Source: Mobula birostris
Lineage: Eukaryota
Direction of reading: 5' to 3'
Assembly: GCF_030028105.1 (NCBI RefSeq)
Contig: NC_092401.1
Location: 7,846,984 to 7,910,983 of the forward strand
Length of the DNA stretch: 64,000 nucleotides
The notes under the pieces were generated by a model, which worked only from the letters and a program-made list of their open reading frames with translations, was not told the origin of the DNA and made no database searches. The translations under genes and the position numbers were made by a program. This document shows positions 26,037 through 38,000 of the stretch, in pieces (position 1 is the stretch's first letter; each line of letters starts with the position of its first letter).

Positions 26037-29000
26037 CTGCACAAAAGCCATTACACAATCATTAACCATCTCAGGCAAATACATCAATTGTCAAACCACT
26101 AATCCTTCTGAGAATCCCGGAATCTTGTAGATTGCATGTACCTTACTGTTTACTCTCCCATGCTTTCTCAGATTTTCTAAAAAACACATACTACACATGA
26201 AACATTTTGACATGGTACTTCACAACCAATGAAAATCATTTCTGAGGAGTAATGACTGTGAAGGCCAAATTTCACCCAGCAAGAGCAGAAACAAACACGT
26301 GGCAATGCCATCATCTGCTTTAATAATGCTGATTGAGGGGCAAATAGTGACCAGGATTCCATTAGAAATCATCTGCTGTTCTTTGCGTTTCTCATTTTGT
26401 TTTAGTTACAAGCCTGAGAAAGCAGGCTGTTTAATGCCTCAGCTGGAAGGCAGCACCTCGGAGAGTGCTCCCTCAGGTTGGAAGCCCGTGATGAGCTGTG
26501 TGCCCAGGGTTCAGAGCTAGGCCCATTGCTGTTTGGTCGAGAACATACAGGGACATGATTAGGAAGTTTGCAGATGACAAGAAGAACAGGTGGCATTATG
26601 GACAGTGAAGATGTTTATCGGGAATTACAGAGAAATCTTGATCAGCTAACTTCTGCCTCTGGGACAAGAGGTGCGGGTTGACCCAGAGCCCGACCTGGAA
26701 CCTACACTTAGAAAGAGGACTCTGCGGCAACCTGTCCATGCTGGATTTCAATCAATCGATCAATAAATAAATGTGAGGTGTTGCATTTTGGAAAGTGAAG
26801 TCAGTGTAGGCCTTTTCACTGTGAACGGCAGAGCCCTAGGGGGTGTTGCAGAACAGAAAGATTGAGGGATCTCGGTTCCCTTAAAGTGGTGCCACAGGCA
26901 TACAGTATGGTGACAATGGCTTTTGGCACACTGACCTTCTTCAGTCAGAGTATCGAGGGTAGCGGGTGTACAGGATGTCAATGGGGCCACATTTGGAATA
27001 GTTTTCCGTCCTGCTTGCCCCTTCATAGGAAAGATGTTGCCACCCTCGCCCGCATCTCCTGCATTTCCCGAACATCCGTGCTCACTCCATTATCTCACCA
27101 GCTTTACAGTGATCAGATCCTCTTGTCCTTATCTACAACCCTCTGCATCCAACACATCATTCTCCTCAACGTCCGCCATCTCCAAAACGATCCTACAGCT
27201 AAACATATCGTTACCTCCTCACTCTCTCTGCAGGGATCAATCCCTCAGTGATTTCCTTCTCCATTTGTCCCTCCCCACTAAACTTTTTCCTGGCACGTAT
27301 CCCTGCAGGACTCACGAAGGGATCTGATTAAGGGTGGCGCGAAATATCAACTGTTTGCTCTTTTCCACAGATTCTGCCTGGCCTGCTGAGTTCCTCCAGC
27401 ACCTTGTTAGAGTTGCTTTGGATTTCTAGCATCTACAGAATTTCCTGTGTTTTCCCATTTGCTGCTTTGCTATTAGTGTGCAGAGGAATAGGGGAAAATA
27501 ATGTATTACAGGATGTCAATTGAAGGAACCAGACAGAAGCTCAGTTTAACACCCCCTATGACAGCTGGTATGTCTGAGACTGCTTTCTCGGTGCTGCACA
27601 AGACACTAGCCTGGTCTTAATGCCCAAGGGGACTCTCTTGGCAGTGCTAGATGGAGTAGGTCATTTTTGGCTGGGCTCTGGACAATTTCAATTTTTCTAT
27701 CACCCTTCTATTAATATATTAAAGTGTCTTTAATACCTTTATATGTTTGAATTTTGAACTTTAATCGATGGAAATGTCTAGACTAAGGAAGGCATTAGCC
27801 GAAGGCAAAGAAACTGAGAATGGAAACGGGATGAGGAAGGTACCTTCGAACAACCTAAACAGCCTCAACTTACTTTGCAAGCTATCTTTAACCTATTGGA
27901 TGAAAAACTCAACAAGAGATTCGTTACACTGGAAGTAATGTTGAAGGAGAATCAGAGTAAATTGATAGCACTTGGAAAAGAGAGAGAGGAACAGCAACGG
28001 CAAATTTCAGAGCTTACTGAAGCAGGCAAACAGAGGGATTCCAGAATGAACTCTTTGGAAAAGAAATTAAATTCGACTACTCATACATTGGAGCAGTACA
28101 AGGCCAAGATTATTGAATTGGAGAGTCATAGTCGCAGACAGAATTCACAAATAATAGGATTCAGAGAAGACGTTGAGAGCGGGGACCACACTAAATTTTT
28201 TTTCTCAATTTTAAATGAAAGTCTTTGGCTCAGAAGTCTTCTCTTCTCCTCTGGTACTCGATCGCGCATCCATCGTTAAAAACAAAACCCTCGAAAGAGT
28301 TACATCCACATCTTGTAATTCTCCAGTTTCACTATGTGAGTATTAAGGAGCACTTAATTCGAATTGCTTGTCGGAAGGGAATTATTGTTCATCAAAATCT
28401 TAAGTTTCGTTTGGTTGAAGATTATTGCCCTGAGGTATTCCAAGAAAGATTGTGTTTTAAATCGGTGATGTCGGATTTATATCAAAGGAATTTTCGACTG
28501 GGATTGTTATACCCCGCCCGCTTAAGAGTTGTTTTACCCGATAACTTGTTTAAGTGGTTTAAAACTGTAGAAGATGCACAACAATTTCTCAAAGAACATT
28601 CCTTGAGCTGGATATTTAACTAATTTACCATTCTTTTGAGTTTGTATACACTTGGTTTATTAGTTAAAAACCAGCATATAGATTCGGACATTTTACGTTC
28701 GTAGAGCTTTGGCCTTGGGCTGAGTCTTCTGGTACTTTGTTTTCACTTATCTCTGCTCTATGTTAATATCCCTTTTCGCTTCCTTGATTATTTTATTTTT
28801 CTTTTATTTTTAAACATCCATTTTAGAAAACTATTACGACTTTGACTTGGTGATCATTTGATTTTTCTTGAAATATTATTAAGATTGTACTCTGTTTTAT
28901 TTCTGAAGACCAGGTTTTTTAAAATGGTCTGTAAAGGGTTGTTCTTTTTTCATCTAACTGTGTTTGGCATTCCATTTGCAATGTTTAGACTATGGGTGGT

Positions 29001-32000
29001 TTTTATTTTATTTTTTATAATTGGAGATTTGCCGTCAAGAGAGATGGGGATTGGTGGTTCTTAGTTAGTTTCCTGGCTGCCTATTGGCCAGGTTTTGGGG
29101 CTTTGTGAGAGGGGTAGGGGGTTATTTTTACTTTAGTTTTTTTCACTTGGGCTGACTTGCAACTACAAAAATGTCTGTATTGTCGTAACTTCTGGTTCCT
29201 CTTTAAACTTTTGTTCCTCTTCCTGATTCGTGAATTTCCTGTGCAATTTGGTTAATCCTTTACTTACCATGTGGTTTATTTAAGGAAAATGGACAATATT
29301 ATTAACTTTGTTTCATGGAACACGAATTGTTTGAAACATCCAATTAAATGGAAGAAGATTTTTAAAACTTTTCAGAGATTGAATGCTCAGATTATTTTTG
29401 CTCAGGAGACTCATGTGAGGAAGGAGGATAATCAGCGTTTTTTTAGGTTTTGGAAAGAATAACAGTTTCCCTCAAACTCATCGACCAAAGAGAAGGTGTT
29501 TCCATTTTTATAGATTCTTCGATCTCATTTGTTCATTATGGTATAATCTCAGACCCATATGGTAGATTTCTATTAATTACTGGTTTACTTCATAACCAAA
29601 AAGTAGTTTTGGTTAATGTTTATGCACCAAATATTGATTATCCTGAATTCTTTAAACATTTATTTGTATCTCTTCCTAATTTAAATGAATATATGTTAAT
29701 AATGGGTGGTGATTTTAATTGTTCTTTGAATCTTATGATGGATAGGTCTGCGCCCAATCAGGCACTTCCAAACAAATCTGCTATTTTTATTAATTCCTTT
29801 TTAGTTCACTCAGGAATTTTAGATGTTTGGAGGTTTTTATATCCTAATGATAAAGAGTTCTCTTTCTTTTCTCATGTATATCATAATTACTCTAGAATCA
29901 ATTACTTTTTTATTGATTCTCGATTAGTTTCATTTGTCACTACCTGTGAGTATTATACAGTCGCCATTTCCAATCATGCGCCTTTGAAACTATCAATTAA
30001 ATTTAGGGATGCAATTTTTAGTACTAGACAATGGTGGTTCAATTCTATTTTGCTTCAAGGTTTAAATTTTGATGATTTTATTAAAGAACAGTTTGCAGTT
30101 TTCTTTTCATCTAACTCAATGAAAGAAATTTCCAGTGGGATATTATGGGATACCTTTAAAGTATATATTCACAGACAAATAATTTCATACTCTGCTGGAA
30201 TGAAAAAACGTATTAATAGTGAAATATATACATTGGCTGATAAGATTACAGAAATTGATAAAAAATATTCCATTGCTCCTAATTTGGAGCTTTATAAAGA
30301 CAGAGTTGAACTTCAGATGCAACATAGTTTGTTATTAACAGCCCCGATTGAAAATCAATTACTTAAAACTAAGAGTCAATTTTACATACATGGTGATAAA
30401 TCAGGTAAATTACTGGCTAATCAATTGAAAGCTGCTTTGGCGAAACATCAGATTAATAAAGTTCGTAGACAGGATGGTAATTTGATGGTTGACCATGATG
30501 AAATTAATAAATCTTTTCAAGAATCTTATACCAATTTATATCAATCAGAATTTCCTGATGATCCTACCATAATGCATGATTTTTTAAGGATACTAAACAT
30601 TCCAAAATTACCAGCTGATGAACGTTTAACATTAGATGCACCCATTACTGAAGAGGAAATAAGGAAAGCAATTTTTTCGATGAATTCTGGTAAAGCACCT
30701 GGCCCGGATGGGTATACAGTTGAATTTTATAAATCTTTTTCAGATGTACTTTCTCCCTGGTTATGTAAAATTTTTAAATATGCCTTATCTGTAAGTAAAT
30801 TATCACAATCCTTTTATGAAGCATCTATCTCATTAATTCCAAAAAAAAGATAAAGATCCCACTGACTGTGCATCATATGGACCTATATCTTTGTTGACTG
30901 TGGATTCTAAAATCTTTTCCAAAATATTAGCAATACTACCACAAATTGTCTCTGAAGATCAGACAGGATTTATTAAAAATCGTTACTCACATTTTAATGT
31001 TAGGAGGCTAATGAACGTTGTATTCATTACTTCAGTTAGAATTCCAGAATGTGCTATTTCGCTTGACTCCGAGAAGACATTTGACAGACTTGAATTGGAA
31101 TATTCATTTGATATACTTCAGGAATTTAAATTCAACTCAAAATTTATATCCTGGATTCAACTGATATATTGTACACCTCTGGCTGCTGTATTTACCAATA
31201 ATCAGAGATCCCCGTTCTTCAGGCATTTTCGAGGTACTAGACAGGGCTGTCCTTTAAGCCTTTTACTTTTTGATATTGCCCTGGAGCCCTTGGCAATTGC
31301 TATTTGTCATTCACCTAATATATTTGGTATTATTCATGGGAATGGGACACATAAAGCATTACTATATGCAGATGACCTGTTACTATATATCTCTAACCCA
31401 GAGAAATCCATCCCTGCAGTAATCACACTATTTGCTCAGTTTAGTAGATTTTCTGGTTATAAATTGAATCTTAAAAAGAGTGTGCTTTTCCCATTAAGTA
31501 TGCAAGTTCCAATTTATAGACAATCACCATTTAGATTAGTTACTGATTATTTTACTTACTTGGGCATTAAAATTACTAAGAAGCACAAATTTTTTACCCT
31601 TAATTGACCATGTTAAACAACTGTTTACTAAATGGTCCCCTTTGTCCTTATCCTTGATTGGTCAAATTAATATTATTAAGATGATTATTTTACCTAAATT
31701 TTTGTATCTACTTCAGGCGGTATCAATTTTTATCCCTAAATCTTTTTTTGATATTATCGATTCTAAAATTTCTTCATATATATGGCAGAATAGAAATCCC
31801 AGGTTAAGTAAGAAATATTTACAGAAATCAAAAAAAGAAGGCGGTTTGGCTTTGCCGAATCTTAGATTTTACTACTGGGCAATCAACATTCGATATTTAA
31901 CGTCTTGGACACAAGAATTGGATGAAGCTCAACGTCCACGATGGATGAACCTCGAGCTGGAGAGTCTGTACAGTGTTTCTCACTGGCTTCTATTCTAGGA

Positions 32001-35000
32001 GCTGTGCTTCCCTTTGCACTTACTAAATTGAATAAACAAATGATAAATCCAATAATTAAACATACAATACGAATATGGTTTAAATTTTGTAAATTCTTTG
32101 GATTGAACAAATTTATCCTGTCAAGTTCTATTATATCTAACTTTTTCTTTCAACCATCTAGAGTTGATCAAGCTTTTCTTCTACGGAAAACAAAGGAAAT
32201 AACGTTTTTGTGATTTATTCATGGATGATTGTCTTATGTCTTTTGAACAGTCGTCTAATAAATATAATTTGCCTAGATCACATTTTTTCAGATATTTACA
32301 GATTAGAAACTTATTGAACACTACTTTATCTACCTTTCTGATATCACATCAAATTGAAGTTACAGAAAAAAATTTTAGGTTAAACCCCTATCAGAAGAGT
32401 TTAATAGCAATTATTTATGATCTGATTATGAAAATACGTCTAGGTAAATCTGATTAAATTAAGTATGAGTGGGAAAGAGAACTTCAAATATCTTTACCTA
32501 CAGAGAAATGGGAAAAAAATTCTTCAGTTAGTCAATACTTCCTCAATGTATGCCAGACATGCCTTGATACAATTTAAGGTATTTCACAGGGCTCATATGT
32601 CCAAGGATAAGCTATCTTGTTTTTATTGCCATATAAATCCTGTTTGTGATAGATGTAATTCTGAGGTAGCTTCCTTGACATATATGTTCTGGTCTTGTTC
32701 TCTTCCAGAAAAATATTGGAAAGATATTTTTGATATTATTTCAGTAGTTCTGCGTATTGATTTACAACCTCATCCTATTACTGCAATTTTTGGACTACCA
32801 GTGATAGACTCTAGTCGTTTATACTTGTCAGCTTGTCGTCTAATTGCATTTGTTACATTAATAGCCAGAAGATCCATTATATTGAAATAGAAAGATTCTA
32901 ATCCCCCCCACTACATTTCAATGGTTTTACCAAACGATAGCATGCCTAAACTTGGAAAAAATTAGGAGTGGTACTATGGATCCTTTGGTTAAATTTGAAG
33001 AAACTTAGAGGCCATTTATTCAATATTTTCACATGATGTAAGTTGACCCTTTCTGGATCCCTTGTAGTAAGTTTTTTGTTCATGAATAGAGGAGTGGAGT
33101 TAACGACAAATAATAATTTTAGCTGATGTAGTATGACAGCCCAAGCTTTGTTTGTTTTTTTTTTAGTTTAGTCTTTTTCCAGTTTAGGGGGCTTTCTTTT
33201 TCTTTAATTATAAAATATCTTTTTCATGGTCAGATACTATGAGATTGGGAGGTAAACTATATTTGTTACTTGGAATCTGCGCTTGTACATGTTAATTGTT
33301 ATTATTGTAATCCGGATCTCTATATATCATTACTATTCCTGTTATGTTTAATTTTGAAACTTAATAAAAAGATTTAAAAAGAAAGGATTTAAAGCCCAAG
33401 ATACAAGAGAGGGATTGAACCTCCAATCTCCCGACTCGAGGCAGGAGGACTATCCGACGAGCTACACACCATCTGGTGTAGAGAGAGATTGTACACCTTT
33501 GCTTATCCTGGGCATGTCATAACTCTCAGCATTTACTCGTGATCACACAGGGATGATATCTCGGCTCTGAAAGGGTTATTTATTTATTTTCTCATCCATG
33601 CACTGCGACAAAGGTAACTTACGGACCTTCCATCTTGATTTCCACTTGCTTCTCATCTGTTCCAAATTTATTGCTGGCTCTACACTTGTAAATTCCTTGA
33701 TGTTCTGATGTTGCCTGGGGAATGTGGAGAACCCCAGGAAGGTCAGTTTCCCCTGTGACTCCCTGACCGGAACTTTCCAACTTCAGTGTTACCTGGGGGT
33801 TTCCACTGGAGTGACAGGTGATTGTAACTTCATCATTTACTCTGATGAAGACTGAAAACCTGGACACGGTTTTGTTATTTACTGATATAGTTGTGTTTCG
33901 TGGTTTATCTGGAAAAGAGTGAAAAGAGTGAAATTAACCAGCAACAGTACAGCACGGGGTGGGCCCTTTTTCCCATGATGTTGTACCGACCTTTATAAAC
34001 CTATTCCATCAACAACCCAACCCCTCCCTCCTACACAGCCCATCGTCCTCCATTCTTCTTTCATTCACGTGCCTATCTAATTCTCTTAAATGTCCCTTAT
34101 GTATCCGGCTCAACACCCTCCCCTGACAGTGCAGTCCAGACACTTCCTACTGACTATGTAAAGACCTGCTTCTGACTCCGTGGCTCACCATAAAAGGATG
34201 TCCTCTGCTACAGCCATTACCTGCCGGGGAATTAGGCGCTGGCTGTCCACTCTTCCTACGCCTCTTACAATCTTACACAATCATCCTCCTTGGCTCCAAA
34301 GAGCTCACTCAGCCTTTCCACAGAAGACAGGCTCTCTAATCCAGGCAGCATCCTGGTGAATCTCCTCTGCACCATCTCTAAAGCTTCCTCGTCTTTCCCA
34401 TAATGAGGCGACTGGACATCACTACACTGTGACTCCAAAAGGCTGGAAAATCAAATTTGACTGTGTGCTGAGCTCACTTGTGCCTGGCAGCTCATTCCAC
34501 ACTGTCACAACTCCTCTGAGTGAAGAATGTTCCCCTCATGTTGACCTTAAACTTCTCAGCTTTCACCCCTACCTCATGACCTCTGGTTGTGACCCACCCA
34601 ACCTCAATGGAAAAAGCCTGCTTACATTTACTCTATCGATACCCCTCATAATTTTGTATACCTCTATACAATTCTTCTCAATCTTTTACATTTAAGGAAT
34701 AAACTCCTAGTAATAAATAAAGGTATTTATTACAGCATTTTTCCTTCCTAGAGTCTATAACTATTTTACCTGATTTAGCAATCAATGATATCTATTAACC
34801 CCATCACGTCACTGCACTGAAAACACTTTAAACCATTTTTGATAATGTTGTTCACATTGTAAATCCATGCGTGTATTTCAATATTTATTTAAGTTTTATT
34901 CCACATTCATGCTTTAAAATTTATTTTTATATAATTCTCTGTAAGTGTTGAATGTTGTTGTATTTTGTCACAGTCACACACTCACCAACACACCAGAGCA

Positions 35001-38000
35001 AATTCCTAATCCATATTGTGTATATGGTGAATGAAATTGATCCCCGATAATCTCAGCGCAAAGCTATGATGGCACCCAACAGATATTTTTCAGAAGATTA
35101 TCATCAAATTAGACACACGACCCCCAAAGGGATTTGGCACCCCTCGCTTAGGCTGAATTTACTGTGGTGTTCTGAGGAGGTCCCACACTGGCACTGTCAC
35201 AGTGGGGTGCTGGGAACGTACCCAAATGCAAGACACAGACTCTGAAGTACACGGAACAGGACTGGACTGGAGTAGGGACGTGACAGGATACAGGCAAGGA
35301 GCAGGGACAAGAACGCAGACTTGGGCTGGGGAAAGCGGGACCAGGACTAGGAACCATGGACTAGGTGACAAGGCTTGGACTGTGAGCCTGAGACTGGACA
35401 AGGACCCAGAACATAGGTCTTGCCTTGGGCTCGGACCCCAGAACCAGGCAAAGACATGACATAGGTGCTCCCAATGTGGCCTTTTATATATTGGCGAGAC
35501 CCGACGCAGACTGGGAGACCGCTTTGCTGAACACCTACGCTCTGTCCGCCAGAGAAAGCAGGATCTCCCAGTGGCCACACATTTTAATTCCCCATTCCCA
35601 TTCTGACATGTCTATCCACGGCCTCCTCTACTGTAAAGATGAAGCCACACTCAGGTTGGAGGAACAACACCTTATATTCCGTCTGGGTAGCCTCCAACCT
35701 GATGGCATGAACATCAACTTCTCTAACTTCCGCTAATGCCCCACCTCCCCCTTGTACCCCATCTGTTACTTATTTTTATACACACATTCTTTCTCTCACT
35801 CTCCTTTTTCTCCCTCTGTCCCTCTGAATATACCCCTTGCCCATCCTCTGGGTCCCCCCACCCTTGTCTTTCTTCCCAGACCTCCTGTCCCATGATCCTC
35901 TCATATCCCTTTTGCCAATCACCTGTCCAGCTCTTGGCTCCATCCCTCCCCCTCCTGTCTTCTCCTATCATTTTGGATCTCCCCCTCCCCCTCCAACTTA
36001 GTCCTGACGAAGGGTCTCGGCCTGAAACATCGACTGCACCTCTTCCTAGAGATGCTGCTTGGCCTGCTGCATCCACCAGCAACTTTTATGTGTGTGTTGA
36101 ATGATGAAAGGCCTCGATAGAGTGGATTTGGGGAGGAAAGTGGCAGAGTTTAGGGCTAGAATGGAGAGATGAGGAAGTGGGGGGGGGTTGGGAGTTGATG
36201 TTCTCACAAGTCACCAATTTGTTTTACCGCCTGGGGTTGGCGTGGGGAGGTTTAAATGCTCGTTACCGTTGCCATTTAAACTGGGGTGATTTGTCAGTTT
36301 TCTGTGTTGGGGGCGTGGTTTGAAGAGCTTCCATATTTTTCATTGTTTCCTGGCTATCTGGAGAAGACGAAATACGGGGGTCAGGGGGTATGGAGGGAAG
36401 GCTGGGGCGGGGTTCTGAGTTGGATGATCAGCCATGATCATAATAAATGGCGGTGCAGGCTCAAATGGCCGAATGGCCTACTCCTGCACCTATTTTCTAT
36501 GTTTCTATGTTTCATAATAAATGAACCTTTGCATCTTGATTTGCATTGAATCGAATTAACTTCATTCCTTACATCCTTCATATAAATGAGGAGTAACAAT
36601 CTTTATGTTATGTCTCTGTCTGAACGTGCAATGTGCAGTTTATAGTAACTCATAATAAATAGTGTGTACAACAGGATAGTCAATATAAGATAGAAATACA
36701 GTTGCGTCAGCATAAGTTAAGCAGTCTGATGGCCTGGTGGAAGAAGCTGTGTTAGGGTGATGACGTCTCTGTAGGCTGCCTCATTATCATTATTTGAGAT
36801 TAAGCCAAGCAGTGTAGTGTCATCAGCAAATTTAATTAGCAGATTGGAGCTGTGGGTGGTGACACAGTCATGGGTATACAGAGAGTAAAGGAGAGTAAAA
36901 ATCTTTTTCGTCTGGTAGCTCATTCCATTTAGCCTCTAGATGAAAAGGTGCCTCTCAGGTTCCTGTTGCATCTTCCCCCTCTCAGCTTAAACCAATGCCT
37001 GGGAGAAGCATCACAATCAATACCAGTACAGTCTAACAGTGGCTGTGTTATCCCTAATATTGTCATCTACTGAGTCATTTGCTAAGGGTTAACAGCAAGT
37101 AAGTTTCATGCTTGTAGTTGGCACTGATTCACATTTTGAACAGTCAAAGATGTGCATTACAGCATTAATGCCTGCTAAGCATTGGTAACATCCTGCTTTT
37201 GAGGAGAGCTGAGGAAGCCTGCAGTTCATAGTGATCCCACAAGGTGGCAGTGCATCATACATTTTGATATTGAGCTTCACCTCTTTTAAACCTCCCTACA
37301 CTGAGCCCATTCATTCCCTGAGATCCTCAAAGGAGAGAAAATGAGCATTGTTATTTCAATATTGGTGGAAATTGTATAATTCCAATACACCCACCTTGGA
37401 AATAGCAACAGAAAGGAAAGGTGACAAGTTACAGATCAGAATCAGAATCAGATTTAATATCACAGGTATAGCTCAAAAATGATTTGTTAACTTTACGGAA
37501 GCAGAACAACGAAACAGATTACCAATAAATATATAGAAGGAAAGCTGAATTACACCAAATATATATATATAAATATGTCTATTAAATAGTTAAATTAAAT
37601 TTAGTAGTGCAGAATAAAAAGTAGTGAAAGTGTTCAGGTTCAATGTCATTTAGAAATCAGATACCACCTGCTAGAAGTTTTGGGCAGATATCAGAACCCA
37701 TCCTGGACTGGATTCAGGATCTCTTATTTCCCCAAATCTCTCCCTACTCCACGCTCTCTGGAACACCCGGATGAAATTTTGAGAGTGCAGAGTTTGTATG
37801 TTCCTGTCAGGATTAAAGGCAAATTGAATAGGAATAAGGAACCTTGGTTCTCAAGGGATATTGCAACTCTGATAAAGAAGAAAAGGGAGTTGTATGAAAT
37901 GTATAGGAAACAGGAGGTAAATCAGGTGCTTGAGGAGTATAAGAAGTGCAAGAAAATACTTAAGAAAGAAATCAGGAGGGCTAAAAGAAGACATGAGGTT

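Noticed and set aside
33390-33475. Functional tRNA gene
   Set aside because: T-arm and internal boxes are present, but there is no acceptor stem and the anticodon loop is abnormal. Treated as a SINE head, as are 42034 and 55655.
35196-35461. Solo LTR (tgtcacag...catgaca)
   Set aside because: TG...CA ends are present, but it is short with no TSD and no second copy in the window. Not listed as a feature.
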